Assembly: GCA_038087875.1 (NCBI GenBank)
Contig: JAXLNO010004041.1
Coordinates: forward strand, 1 to 64,000
Direction of reading: 5' to 3'
Source: Malacoraja senta
Lineage: Eukaryota
DNA length: 64,000 nt
Part shown: positions 1 through 10,960 of the stretch, in pieces
Layout of the letters: the number at the start of each line of letters is the position of its first letter
How positions within the stretch are numbered: position 1 is the stretch's first letter
Made by a program: the position numbers and the translations under genes
Notes under the pieces: generated by a model
Databases searched by the model: none
Told to the model about the DNA's origin: nothing
The model's input: only the letters and a program-made list of their open reading frames with translations

Positions 1-87
1 GACCACGGGCGCTGTCTGTACGGAGTTTGCACGTTCTCTTCCCTTGACCTGCGTGGGTTTTCTCCGGGCGCTCCGGTTTCCTCCCAC
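1..87 (+). mobile_element. HE1/V-SINE-like tRNA-derived SINE, internal fragment
   Basis: GCTGTCTGTACGGAGTTTGCACGTTCTC...GGGTTTTCTCCGGGCGCTCCGGTTTCCTCCCAC matches the conserved core of the SINE found many times in this window. Confidence 0.75.
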
Positions 88-150
88 CAGGGCCTGATTT
101 ACGTATGAGCCAGACAAGCTTAAGCTTAGGGCCTCGAGATCTAGGGGGAC
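88..150 (+). mobile_element. Possible hAT-like DNA transposon terminus inserted into the SINE
   Basis: The SINE stops abruptly at CAGGGCCTGATTTACG...GCTTAGGGCCTC, which resembles hAT ends. No matching second end was found. Confidence 0.3.
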
Positions 151-306
151 CCCGGCCCGCTCCACCAAGGTGTGTTAAACTTTTGACATAGTGGTGTTTT
201 TACAAACCCTACCATCAGTGGTGCTGTGCTTGCGATTCCGGAGGCTTTGGTGTTGTGTTGGAGGGGATTAAAATGCAGGTGAGGTTTATATTCGTTGTAG
301 AGAGGA

Positions 307-1039
307 CATAGAAACATAGATAAATAGCTGCAGGAGTAGGCCATTCGGCCCTTCGAGCCTGCACCGCCATTCAATACGATCATGGCTGATCATCCAACTC
401 GGTATCCTATGCCTGCCTTATCTCCATACCACCTGATCCCTTTAGCCACGAGGGCCACATCTAACTCCCTCTTAACTATAGCCAATGAACTGGCCTCAAC
501 TACCTTCTGTGGCAGAGAATTCCAGAGATTCACCACTCTCTGTGTGAGAAATGTTTTTCTCATCTCGGTCCTAAAAGATTTCCCCCTTATCCTTAAACTG
601 TGACCCCTTGTTCTGGACTTCCCCAACATCGGGAACAATCTTCCTGCATTTAGCCTGTCCATCCCCTTAAGAATTTTGTAAGTTTCTATAAGAACCCCCC
701 TCAATCTTCTAAATTCTAGCGAGTACAAGCCGAGTCAATCCAGTCTTTCTTCATATGAAAGTCCTGACATCCCAGGAATCAGTCTGGTGAACCTTCACTG
801 TACTCCCTCTATGGCAATAATCTTTCCTCAGATTAGGTGAACAAAACTGTACGCAATACTCCAGGTGTGGTCTCAGCAAGATCTTGTACAACTGCAGTAG
901 AACCTCCCTGCTCCTATACTTAAATCCTTTTGCTATGAATGCTTACATACCATTCGCTTTCTTCACTGCCTGCTGCACCTGCATGCCTACTTTCAATGAC
1001 TGGTGTACCATGACACCCAGGTCTCGTTGCATCTCCCCT
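307..1039 (-). mobile_element. CR1-clade LINE (HER1-like), 3' fragment
   Basis: Reverse complement of the 3' ~730 bp of the copy at 12064-13932. ORF 390-728 (YSLEFRRLRG...GIGYRVG) and ATGTTTCT tail. Confidence 0.95.
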
Positions 1040-1335
1040 TTTCCTAATCGGCCACCATCGCCTCAGTCCACCCACCTGTCTTCCTCCGGCCCCAACCCTC
1101 ATCCCTGCCGTGTGTTCACCATCCCCCCTGACCTCCCCCTCTCAGATACCGAACAGTCTGTCCTCAGCAGAGGCCTCACCTTTGTCCCCCTCCGTCCCCA
1201 CCTCAATGAGTTCCGCGCCCACCACGATTTGGAGCACTTCTTCCGTCGCCTCCGCCTCACACCGTTCTTCCACTGGAAGGAGTCCTCGCCCCCATTGATG
1301 ATCCCTTTTCCCGTCTCCAACGGACCCCATCCTCT
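1040..1335 (+). mobile_element. Penelope-like element (PLE), N-terminal ORF fragment
   Basis: Translates to LSDTEQSVLSRGLTFVP...DLEHFFRRLRL, the typical pre-RT motif of PLE ORFs. Confidence 0.8.
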
Positions 1336-1339
1336 CGGA

Positions 1340-1730
1340 CCCCCCACCCCCTCATAGCCATTCGGATAATCGATGACGGAGTTGAGGGGAAAGAGAGGAA
1401 AGGGAGGGTTAATGACCCCAGAATTGATCCTCGCCACATCCATTCTATCCAAGCTTTTCACTATTTGGTATGATTCAATGAGGTCCCCCCCTTATTCTTC
1501 TAAAATCCAGCGAGTACCGGTGCACTGCCATCAAATGCTCATCATATGTTAATCCATTAATTCCTGGGATCATTCTTGTACACCTCCTCTGGACCCTCTA
1601 TAGAGCCAGCACATCCTTCCTCAGATATTGTGCCCAAAATTGCTCACAATGCTCCAAACGTGGCTTGACTGGTGCCTTATAGAACCTCAGCATTACATCC
1701 CTGCTTGACAGGGAGAAAATGCAATTGATG
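1340..1730 (-). mobile_element. Older CR1 fragments
   Basis: Degenerate RT C-terminus: RFYKAPVKPRLEHCEQFWAQYLRKDVLAL. Confidence 0.65.
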
Positions 1731-2024
1731 TCTTTCATATTAGTTAACCATGGATTTTCTTGACCAAAGTTGACAGCCCCTAATGGGATTGCATCTCTTT
1801 CACACATCTCTATAGAGCATAGCGTTAAGCTTCGAAGGGCAAAATTTACACGAGTTGTGCAGGTCAAGTGTTTTTTTGCAGAGAGAGCTTGATACCTAGA
1901 ATGCGTTACCAGGAGTGGTGGTAGAGGAGGACATGATAATGATGCTTAAGAAGGTTTTGTACAGGCTTGTGGTTATGCAGGGAATACAAGGATATGGATC
2001 ACATGCAGGCAGTGGAGATGAGTT

Positions 2025-2315
2025 TTGGTTTAGTTTAGAGATAGAGTATGGAAACAGGAACTTTGGCCAATGAGTCCACACTGACCAGCAATTGCCCATT
2101 CACTATTTCTGTCCGACAAGCTAGGGACAATTTACAGAAGCCAATTTACCTACAAACCTGCACGTCTTTTGTATTTGGGAGGAAACCGGAGCCCCCAGAG
2201 AAAACCCACAGGGTGACAGAGGGAACGTACAGACTCCGTCCAGACAGCACTCTAGTCAGGATCGAACCCGGGTCTCTAATGCTGTAAGACAGCCACTCTA
2301 TCACTGTGCCTCTGC
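2025..2315 (-). mobile_element. HE1/V-SINE-like SINE
   Basis: B-box-like GGTTCGATCC (GGATCGAACC on +), V-domain core and CTAAA-type tail. Confidence 0.85.
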
Positions 2316-2639
2316 GTTGCCTTAATTTAACTTGGTATCCTGTTCGACATGGACATTGCAGGCTGAAAGTCCTGTTCTTGTACTGTTCTATGTTCTATAT
2401 ATTCTCATTGGACAGGGCAGGGAAATGTTTTCCACTCCTCCAGCCTCCATGTTGAATACTTACTCCCAGTTTAAATCTGATTCAATTAGTCAATCCATTT
2501 CTCCCTCCCCTCCTGCCCTGCTCCCCATTCTATATCTTGAAGTAGTCATTCCCTTTTTCACTCCCTGGTTTTCTACTATCCCCACAACTTTCCTCTACTT
2601 TCCTGTCTTGGTGCAAGCAACATCTATCCATTTACCACT

Positions 2640-2880
2640 TTCCATAGACCCAGGCAGTTCTTCAAAGTGAAACAACGTGAAACACTTGGACTTCCAGTCA
2701 AATCTACTGCATTTGGTTTTCATAACGTAATCTTCCACATTGCATCAATGAAACAAATAGATTGGCTGCTTTCTGGAGAACCTGCATTCAATCCATGGGA
2801 CTTTCTAAGATTCCTAATTCCTGCCACTTTAATTCTCCATTCAACCCCCACCATGATCCATCCATCTGCACCTCTTACAC
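2640..2880 (+). mobile_element. Degenerate PLE GIY-YIG endonuclease remnant
   Basis: Remnant ...CHFNSPF... is colinear with the better copy at 59190-59410. Confidence 0.45.
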
Positions 2881-3944
2881 TAGGATAACAAGGGTGAAAG
2901 TAGCCTTGAGGACCAACAACTCAGCTTCTGCCTTGACATGTTGCAGCCTTTCACACTCCATTCCACATTCAACGAGTTGCATTCCCTGTCGATAAAATAA
3001 CTGGTCATTTCAACTGTTAAGTTGAAGTCAGAAAGAACAGATGCAAGAAGTATGAAGCAGGATCCCAAGCTGAAACATTACATAACCATGTCTTCCAGAT
3101 GCTGCCTGAACCACTGAGTTACACCTGCACATTTTTGTGTTTTTTTAAATTACAGTAAAGTTATCCACCAGCAAAATCAGGACAGCCTGACCTACTTGAC
3201 TACTGCAGTATGTGCTGCATTTTATATAACTCTGTTTAGTTTCATGCATGCAGAGATGCAGTGAATGGTTTGGATGGAACAGCAGATGCTGGACACCCCG
3301 TCCCTTCTCTCCAGAGATGCTGCCTGTCGCACTGAGTTACTCCAGCTTTTTGTGTCTATCTGCAGTGAAATGGTTGTTCTGCATTCTCTCCAGTCAAGTC
3401 ATACTGTACATAAGTACAGTACGTCCACTTCTGGAACAGCACGCAGAGATCCACCACATTCCAGGACTATCTTGCAGCTTCCAAGTCTCTGAAAAGTCTG
3501 ATTTTGCCCTAAGGAAATACCCAATTTCTCATTTACTCATGTTAAGGTCCAGTGTCATAACAGCACTGGATTGATGAAGTAGAGGCGCCTGCCTCAGTTT
3601 AAGTTTTTCTGTTTCAAGATTGTGATCAAACCCTCATCACTGAACTGTGTCGCAGTGCCACCCATCACGTATCAGTCCCAATTATCTTTCAACATGCTGG
3701 AATCACTTGTTTTTTTAATCAATTTTCGACTTTTTTCATGAATTGTTCAGTATAAACAGTTATGCTACAACAGTTAAGCGCAGCGACCTCTTAGTTCCAG
3801 ATACGTAACAACACAAGAGATAGTGTTGGAAGAATGATCAAACTCACACATAGTGGTTAGAATCCATAGTCTATTATTAGTAACTCTGCAGAGGAAACAC
3901 AAGGTGCTTTCTTCTCAGCATGCTTACTACCAGTCTACCAGAGG

Positions 3945-3948
<4 letters not shown>

Positions 3949-3987
<39 letters not shown>
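3949..3987. repeat. (GA)n microsatellite abutting the 5' end of the Tx1 element
   Basis: Pure GA run seen directly in the sequence. Confidence 0.98.
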
Positions 3988-3988
<1 letters not shown>

Positions 3989-4459
3989 CTGGCTGTGTTT
4001 TTTTCAGCTCTGCAGTTGAGAAGGATTCAAACAGCTTTTCAAGGACGTTGTCGATGGGGAAGGAACAGAGGCAGAGGGGCTTCATGGTCTAACTTATTGT
4101 TGGACTGGTGAAACTTTTCTCTGCTCTAGGAATTCTCCACAAGGGCGGACATTCCGGAGATATTTTTCCATTGTCGAGGGTGCGGTTGTCGTTGGCGGAC
4201 TGCCAAGAGTGGAGGCAACGGGAAAAAAGGCATTTTGCTCCGGCGGATGTCGGGTTTAATGTGAAGATGGTACTGTTGAGTCCGGAAAGAATGGGATAGA
4301 GCTTCCCAAAAGCTGCTGTCGGCTGTGGACGTCTTTGGGGATTTTCTGGCTGTAGCTGGAGGCTTCAGAGTTCTGCTACTTGTTGACTGTGACTATTTGA
4401 AGGAGTTAACGTGGAGCTGAGCTGCCGGGGCGATTGGAGCTGGTTGTGCCTCTGTCAGG

Positions 4460-6718
4460 ATGGCGAAGGCTGGGGCGAGGCCGAAGAACCGGAGTTACGC
4501 AGTGGCGGCATCAGAGGCGGATGCGAGGACAGTGGAGCATGAGCCTTATGTGAACTTGGATTGGGGCAGGTTTGGTATCTCGGTCCAAACTGGGCCCCAG
4601 ATGTCTAGGGGTGCAATTACCAAGGCCGTGAATGACCTTATTGGGGGGCGGCCTGTTGTCTCTTCCGAGCTTGTAAGAGGCAAGGTGGAGATGATTTTGA
4701 AGACCGAGGAGGGTGTGAAAATGGCGTTGGAGAGGGGGATATCAGTGGGGGGGATCCAATTACAGGTGGATCCGTGGTTATCGAGGGTGAGACCGGTTCT
4801 CCTGCGGAGTTGCCCCACATTTATTTCGGATGCTGCACTTATGCCACACCTGTCTACGATTGGGGAGGTGAGGTCTAAGTGCTTTAGGCTCAGGCACCTT
4901 GGGGGGGACCCGGAGGAAAGAGGGATCTTCAGTTTTAAGAGGAGGGTGTTCATGAAGGTGGGTGAGGGCGAAGGCGCGGAGGGGAGCTTTGAGGTGGATT
5001 GTCAGGGTCTCCATAGAACCGTGTATTGGAGTTGGGGGAAGGCACGGTGTCATGAGTGTGGAGCATATGGACATTTCCGTAACGAGTGTCTTTCTCGCAG
5101 GGGCGTTGCTAGAAGTTCTAGCGTAGTGGCCCAGGATGGCAATGCTGGCCCATCCGGGGTGGTACATCATGCCTCGGTGGCGCGGGCTGGCACTGCTGAC
5201 CTGGCTAGGGCGGCTAGCTCCACCTCGGGGATCCGGGGCGGAAGTGATAGGCCATCTGGGTCTGAAAGTTCTGCCTTGGGGACCCGGGGCGGGGAAGGCC
5301 TCAGGCCCCTGCGTCCTGAGACTGTGGAGGTGGTGGTGGCTAATGGTGAGGGGGAGGGAGAGGGTGGAGAGGGGGAGGATGAAGACGGGGAGGGGAAGTG
5401 GGAGGTGAAGAAGGGGAGGAAGAAGAGGGGAAAGGGCCATCCGGAGAGTAAAAATATGTGTGTTAGTTCTAGTGAGGTCCAGAGTGTGCTTGATGTGGCC
5501 CAGCAAGGCGATGAGATCGCTCAGACGGGGGAAGGGTTGGTAAAGGGTGCGGGGGGTATAGTGGATGGGGGTAGGGAGGGGGTGGAAGACCCTTCCTTTA
5601 TGGAGGTCACCGTACTGCCGCATGCTAGTGGGGTGAAAAGGAATAGGCCTGGCGAGGAAGAGGAAGGGCGTGAGGCGAAAATTAGGGCAGGTGAGGGGGT
5701 TGATTCCGCTGGAGATGTGTCCTCTGGGCGGGGGGCTGTCTCTTCATTTCAGGGGCCCTCCGATGGAGTTATCTCATCGGGTGGTGAGGTGAGCTCCCCT
5801 GGGGGTGTGTCCTCTGGGTCGGAGGATGTCCCCTCGTTTCAGAGGCCTCTTGAGGGTGATGGAACGCCAGAGGATGGGGTATGTGCCCCTGGTAGGGGGG
5901 CCCCTGAGATGGAGGATGAGCAGAGTCAGCCTGAGGGGGGTGGTTCGGGGGCTGTGGTGTTCCAGTCTATGCTGCACATCAGTGCCAGTGGTGGTAATGG
6001 GGGGTGTGCTGCATCGCCGGATGAGGTGGAAGGGGAGAGGCTAAAAGTAAGAGGCGAGCCTCTGGGTATTGCTAGTGGTGGGGATGCTATAGGTGGTGTG
6101 GAGGTCGGGGATAGTTTGGGTGGTGATGTCCCTTTAGTTTCAAGGGGTGTCAGTGTATCCCAGGCCCTGGGGGAGCCTAGTGTTTTTGCTTCCCCAGGCC
6201 AAGGCGTGGAGGGTGAGGGTAGCGTGCAGGGGCCAAGCCAGTCAGGGGGATGCTTGTTGCAGTTGGGGGTTTCGGGGCCCTTACCTGGCATTGATCCTGG
6301 GGGTGGTGTCTTGCTGGAGGAGCGGGAGGGTGAACTGGAAAGTTTGGGTAGTGGGGGTGGAGAGCTTTTGGAGAGCTCTGGGCGTTCAGTTACAGAAAGA
6401 GACCTTGAACGTTGTGATGTGGAGTCTGATGGTGCAGGTGCAAGTGCGTTGGCCGAGTGCCCAGACTCCAAGGCCGAGGCTCTTGATTGTGAGATAAAGG
6501 TGGTTCGAGAGTTTCTCAGAACAAACCGCTCCGCAAGAACAAGAGTGGATGCTGCTAGTAGGCGGTGGAAGGATCTGCCAGGATTGATTCCGATTCTCGA
6601 GGATATTCTTGGCAGCAGGGAGAGTGCTCTTACTGACGTAGAGGTGGGGCAGTTTGGGGACTTTTTGGGGTTACTCAGAGAGAAATTTGTTGTGTCTACG
6701 GGGACTGAGGGGGTTTAA
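4460..6718 (+). CDS. Tx1 ORF1 nucleic-acid-binding protein (752 aa)
   Basis: Open ORF with CX2CX4HX4C knuckle CHECGAYGHFRNEC, followed by a long Gly/Ser/Glu-rich low-complexity region. Confidence 0.88.
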   Translation: MAKAGARPKNRSYAVAASEADARTVEHEPYVNLDWGRFGISVQTGPQMSRGAITKAVNDLIGGRPVVSSELVRGKVEMILKTEEGVKMALERGISVGGIQLQVDPWLSRVRPVLLRSCPTFISDAALMPHLSTIGEVRSKCFRLRHLGGDPEERGIFSFKRRVFMKVGEGEGAEGSFEVDCQGLHRTVYWSWGKARCHECGAYGHFRNECLSRRGVARSSSVVAQDGNAGPSGVVHHASVARAGTADLARAASSTSGIRGGSDRPSGSESSALGTRGGEGLRPLRPETVEVVVANGEGEGEGGEGEDEDGEGKWEVKKGRKKRGKGHPESKNMCVSSSEVQSVLDVAQQGDEIAQTGEGLVKGAGGIVDGGREGVEDPSFMEVTVLPHASGVKRNRPGEEEEGREAKIRAGEGVDSAGDVSSGRGAVSSFQGPSDGVISSGGEVSSPGGVSSGSEDVPSFQRPLEGDGTPEDGVCAPGRGAPEMEDEQSQPEGGGSGAVVFQSMLHISASGGNGGCAASPDEVEGERLKVRGEPLGIASGGDAIGGVEVGDSLGGDVPLVSRGVSVSQALGEPSVFASPGQGVEGEGSVQGPSQSGGCLLQLGVSGPLPGIDPGGGVLLEEREGELESLGSGGGELLESSGRSVTERDLERCDVESDGAGASALAECPDSKAEALDCEIKVVREFLRTNRSARTRVDAASRRWKDLPGLIPILEDILGSRESALTDVEVGQFGDFLGLLREKFVVSTGTEGV

Positions 6719-9700
6719 TAAAGTGGGCCTTTACATTCACCGTCGCAACATTAAACTTAAACGGGAGTAGATCGAGTTTTCGTAGATTTCAGCTTTTATC
6801 AGGCCTTAAAGAGGGGAGATTTGCAGTGTGTTTTCTGCAGGAGACGCACACAGTTGTTAGTGATGAACCTACCTGGAGACTGGAGTGGGAAGGGGGGGTT
6901 TACATGAGCCATCTCAGCTCAAATTCGAGTGGGGTGGCCTTTCTGTTGGCCCAGAATTTCCTGCCAACGATTTTAAAAGTGAATGAAGTTGTGCCTGGAC
7001 GTTTGCTCCATCTGGCAGTGAGCTTGGATGGCATGCCGTTGCATTTCATTAACGTGTATGCCCCTAGCTCCAGCACGATGCAGGCTGGCCTAATTCAGGA
7101 GGTGACTGCTCTGTTGAGCACTATTGATAGGGGAGAGTGTGTTTTCCTTGGTGGGGACTTTAATTGCACACTTGAGGCGGGAGATCGTTCTGGTACTCAG
7201 TGTGCCCCTGCTGTAGCGAAGAAGTTGAGGGGGATGATTGAATCCTTTGAGTTGGTTGATGCATGGCGGAACCTCCATCCGGATTCCAATGCTTTTTCGC
7301 GGAGGTATGAGGGTGGTGGTTCCCGTATTGACAGAATATATATTTCCCGAGCGTTTGTTGGCCGTGTCGCAGAGGCTTCAATGCGGGTGGTGCCATGCTC
7401 GGATCACTGTCTGGTGCGTGTGGACTTTAATCCGGCGCGCGCTAGGGCTGGGTCCGCGTACTGGCACTTTAACAACCGGTTGCTGGAGGATCGGTGTTTC
7501 CGGGAGTCATTCAGTCGGTTTTGGGGGAAGTGGAGAGAGGGGCGGAGGTGCTTCTCTTCCCTTAGGCAGTGGTGGGATGTGGGGAAGGCTCACATTCGTC
7601 TATTTTGTAAGGAGTATACGTGGGGGTCGACAGGACGGAGGGACTCAGCGGTCGCGAGGCTTGAGAGGGAGCTACAGGGTGCAGAGTCTCGCCTGGGTCG
7701 GGATGGTGAGGACTCCTGTGAATGGGGAGAGTTTCAGGAGAAGAAGGAAGCCTTGAGGAATCTGCTGCTTGAGCGGTCCCGAGGCGCTTTCGTGAGGGCG
7801 CGGGTACAGATGATGCAAGATCTGGACCGAGCGTCGCCTTTCTTTTTCTCTTTGGAGAAAGGGAGGGGAGCCTGCAAGCAGCTCGTAGAGCTGCTCGCAG
7901 ATGATGGATCCTCAGTCACTGATCCGGAGAGGATCAGTGAGGAGGTCAGGTCATTTTATGGGTCCCTGTTCTCCGCAGGGGGGTATAACGGGGAGGCTCA
8001 GAAGGAATTGTGGGAGGGTCTACCGACTATTGATAGGGAGGTGGCCGATCTTCTTGATGGCCCCTTATCTTTGGAGGAGTTGACTTGTGCATTGTTTCAG
8101 CTCAGGAAGGGTAAGTCACCCGGGATGGATGGGTTGACGGTGGAGTTTGTCAGAGCTTTCTGGGAGATCCTGGGGGGTGATTACATGTTGGTGCTGGGGG
8201 AGAGTCTGGCGGCCGGGGCGATGCCCCTCTCGTGGCGTAGGGCAGTTGTTGTCTTGCTGCCTAAGAAGGGTGAACTCCGCTTGTTGAAGAACTGGAGGCC
8301 GGTATCTCTCCTATGTACAGAATATAAAGTATTTGCACGGGCAATGGCAAATCGCCTGGGCCCTGTGCTGTCTCAAATGATTCATCCTGACCAGTCCTAT
8401 ACAGTCCCTGGCAGGTCCATTCAGGATAACATCCACCTGGTTAGGGACCTGATTCATCTAGTTCAGGGTACTGGTCAGTCAGCTGCTTTTCTGTCTCTTG
8501 ATCAAGAGAAGGCTTTTGATAGGGTAGAGCATGATTACCTATTCGGGACGTTGCAAGCGTTTGGATTTGGACCGCATTTTGTGGCCCGGGTCCGGCTTCT
8601 GTACGCTGCAGCGGAGTGCCTGGTGAAGGTTAATGGTGCGTTGTTGGCTCCCTTTCAGTTTGGGAGGGGGGTCCGTCAGGGGTGCCCCATGTCGGGTCAG
8701 TTGTACTCGGTCTGTGTGGAGCCGTTCCTGTGTCTTCTTCGGAGGAGGTTGACAGGTCTGGCCCTACCTGGGCCGGGGTTGGAGGTGGTTCTTTCAGCGT
8801 ATGCAGATGATGTACTTCTTATGTTCACTGATCCTGGTGACCTGCGGAGGATGCGTGACTGCCAGGAGATTTTCTCAGCTGCATCTTCTGCAAGGATTAA
8901 CTGGAGTAAGTGTTCTGGTCTTTTAGTGGGTCAGTGGCAGGTGGATTCCCTGCCGGAGGAGATGGCAAGGTATGTGTGGAGCACAACCCATCTCCTCTAT
9001 CTGGGGGTTTACCTGAGTCCCACTGAGGATGCTTGGCCGGCGAATTGGCTGGAGTTGGAGACGAAGGTGGTTGCCCGGCTGGGTCGCTGGTCGGGCTTGC
9101 TTGGAGTTCTTTCTTTTCGGGGGAGGGTGCTGGTCATAAATCAGCTGGTGGCCTCCATGTTATGGTACCGGCTGGCTACTCTTGTCCCACCTTCCATATT
9201 TGTAAATGCTCTTCAGAAGAAGCTGGTAGATTTCTTCTGGGGAAATAGGAAGCACTGGGTCTCTGCAGCGGTCCTGAGTCTCCCGTTAGAGGAGGGCGGT
9301 CAGTCCTTGGTATGCGTGCGTACCCAGGTGGCGGCTCTCCGTCTCAGGACTCTGCGGAGGTATATGTATGAAGAGAATCCCCCCAGATGGCACGCTCTGG
9401 CCACGTATTTTTTTCGTCGTGGTCGTTGCCTAGGGGGGGTCTCGCGGCTCCCGGTGGCGGGCATCAGTAGACCCGCCCTAAGGGGTTTGCCTGTTTTCTA
9501 TCGGGATGTGATCAGAGTGAGGAATTTGGTTGTTTTCAGCCAGCGTGTTGTTCCACGAGGGGAGGGGGATGGTGCGGATGCGGGAGTGGCCGGTCCTCGC
9601 CCAGTCATGGCGGGTGTCGAGGAGAGGCGAGCGCCTAGAGTGGTTCTGGCTGAGCTTTCAATTGCTCCGTCAGATCTGCTCATCGGGCCAAGGCTCCGGG

Positions 9701-10431
9701 ATATTTCTCGGGAACCGGCTCCACACAACCTGAGCCGCCTTTCTGAGATGATCAGCATACCGTTTCGTGATGCGAAGAGACGCACATTGTATAGGATGTT
9801 CCTGCACATTCTGCACCTCCTTGCCTTTGTTTCCCGTCCTGACACACCTTGGCGGACGGTGTTACCACCTGATGGTGGGGGGGGTCCCTGGTGGGGGTCC
9901 TTCTATGAGGGAGTTGTTCCCCTTTACATTGGGGACCTGGGGTGGAGACTGTTGCATGGAGCGGTGGTTTGCAATAAACTTTTGAGTCGGTTCACGGGTT
10001 CGTCTGCCGCGTGTATTTTCTGTGGCAAGGAAGAAACCGTGTTCCACGTATACATGGAGTGTGAGAGGTTACTGCCCCTGTATCAATATCTGAAGGGGTT
10101 GTTCCTTAAGTTCTGGTTGCATTTTAGTCCCACGATTCTAGTGTGTGGGCATAAGGTAGGGTGTGGGGAGAGCCAAGTGGGGGGTTGGGACCTCCCTGTC
10201 GGTTTGCTCCTGGGCCTGGTTAAGATGGCCATTCGTGGGTCCAGGCAGCGGGCGGTCGATGGTGAGGCGAGAGTTGGCTGCCTGCCCCTCTTCCGGGCGT
10301 ACGTCCGTGCACGGGTGTCCCTGGAGCGGGAATATGCGGTGTCCACGGGGACTCTGGAGGCCTTCCGTGGGCGATGGTCACCACGTGGGGTGGAGAGTAT
10401 AATAAATCATGAATGTAATGTTGTACTATAA
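6709..10431 (+). CDS. Tx1 ORF2: AP endonuclease + reverse transcriptase + C-terminal zinc finger
   Basis: Frame is open from 6709 (the ORF track starts at GTG 6826). Motifs: VATLNLNG, FLQETH, GGDFN, SRIDRIY, SDH, LDQEKAFDRV, GVRQGCPMS, AYADDV, WRLLHG...CIFCG.EETVFHVYMEC. No ATG precedes APE motif I. Confidence 0.92.
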   Translation, partial: GGLIKWAFTFTVATLNLNGSRSSFRRFQLLSGLKEGRFAVCFLQETHTVVSDEPTWRLEWEGGVYMSHLSSNSSGVAFLLAQNFLPTILKVNEVVPGRLLHLAVSLDGMPLHFINVYAPSSSTMQAGLIQEVTALLSTIDRGECVFLGGDFNCTLEAGDRSGTQCAPAVAKKLRGMIESFELVDAWRNLHPDSNAFSRRYEGGGSRIDRIYISRAFVGRVAEASMRVVPCSDHCLVRVDFNPARARAGSAYWHFNNRLLEDRCFRESFSRFWGKWREGRRCFSSLRQWWDVGKAHIRLFCKEYTWGSTGRRDSAVARLERELQGAESRLGRDGEDSCEWGEFQEKKEALRNLLLERSRGAFVRARVQMMQDLDRASPFFFSLEKGRGACKQLVELLADDGSSVTDPERISEEVRSFYGSLFSAGGYNGEAQKELWEGLPTIDREVADLLDGPLSLEELTCALFQLRKGKSPGMDGLTVEFVRAFWEILGGDYMLVLGESLAAGAMPLSWRRAVVVLLPKKGELRLLKNWRPVSLLCTEYKVFARAMANRLGPVLSQMIHPDQSYTVPGRSIQDNIHLVRDLIHLVQGTGQSAAFLSLDQEKAFDRVEHDYLFGTLQAFGFGPHFVARVRLLYAAAECLVKVNGALLAPFQFGRGVRQGCPMSGQLYSVCVEPFLCLLRRRLTGLALPGPGLEVVLSAYADDVLLMFTDPGDLRRMRDCQEIFSAASSARINWSKCSGLLVGQWQVDSLPEEMARYVWSTTHLLYLGVYLSPTEDAWPANWLELETKVVARLGRWSGLLGVLSFRGRVLVINQLVASMLWYRLATLVPPSIFVNALQKKLVDFFWGNRKHWVSAAVLSLPLEEGGQSLVCVRTQVAALRLRTLRRYMYEENPPRWHALATYFFRRGRCLGGVSRLPVAGISRPALRGLPVFYRDVIRVRNLVVFSQRVVPRGEGDGADAGVAGPRPVMAGVEERRAPRVVLAELSIAPSDLLIGPRLRDISREPAPHNLSRLSEMISIPFRDAKRRTLYRMFLHILHLLAFVSRPDTPWRTVLPPDGGGGPWWGSFYEGVVPLYIGDLGWRLLHGAVVCNKLLSRFTGSSAACIFCGKEETVFHVYMECERLLPLYQYLKGLFLKFWLHFSPTILVCGHKVGCGESQVGGWDLPVGLLLGLVKMAIRGSRQRAVDGEARVGCLPLFRAYVRARVSLEREYAVSTGTLEAFRGRWSPRGVESIINHECNVVL

Positions 10432-10491
10432 TGATGTGGTTTGATATAATGTATCTTAGATTATGTATTGATGTGATGTATCATTGAGTGT

Positions 10492-10621
10492 NNNNNNNNN
10501 NNNNNNNNNNNNNNNNNNNNNNNNNNNNNNNNNNNNNNNNNNNNNNNNNNNNNNNNNNNNNNNNNNNNNNNNNNNNNNNNNNNNNNNNNNNNNNNNNNNN
10601 NNNNNNNNNNNNNNNNNNNNN
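10492..10621. other. Assembly gap (130 N)
   Basis: Run of N. Confidence 1.
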
Positions 10622-10689
10622 GTGGGCAGAGCCACAGTATGAGTGACACTAATCTACAGATAGGCACAGGTTTATTATTGTCACGTTTA

Positions 10690-10960
10690 GTTTCGAGGTA
10701 CAGCATGGAAATAGGCCTTTTGGCCCACTGAACCTGTGCTGACTAACGACCACCCAAATATTAGTTCTATCCTACACACTAGGGACAATTTACAGAAGCC
10801 AACAAACTTACAAATCTGCACTTCTTTGAATGTGACGGAACTGCAGCACCCGGAGATAACTCACATGGTAACAGGGAGAATATATGAACTCTATATAGAC
10901 ATCACCCATTGTCAGGATTGAACTTTGGTCTGTGGTACTGTAAGGCAGCAACTTTCCAGG
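10690..10960 (-). mobile_element. HE1/V-SINE-like SINE
   Basis: Same core as the other copies (AGGGACAATTTACAGAAGCCAA...CAGGATTGAAC). Confidence 0.8.

Larger units (their letters stand above)
3988..10491 (+). mobile_element. Tx1-clade (L1 superfamily) non-LTR retrotransposon, apparently full length; 3' end lost in the N gap
   Basis: ~470 bp 5' leader, ORF1 with CCHC knuckle, ORF2 with APE, RT and zf-RVT domains, and a T-rich 3' UTR running into the Ns. Confidence 0.93.

Noticed and set aside
116-143. Cluster of HindIII-HindIII-XhoI-BglII sites resembling a cloning polylinker
   Set aside because: No vector sequence flanks it. The context (CAGGGCC...GCTTAGGGCCTC) fits a DNA-transposon terminus better.
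3432-3574. CAG|AG ATC CAC... resembling the start of an MHC alpha2 exon (IHT(F/L)Q)
   Set aside because: Needs a frameshift and lacks the GC-E, YDG and second Cys motifs; treated as chance.
4546-6471. Long antisense ORFs (281, 181 and 135 aa) opposite Tx1 ORF1
   Set aside because: Expected shadows of a G-rich, stop-poor coding strand; no domain signature.
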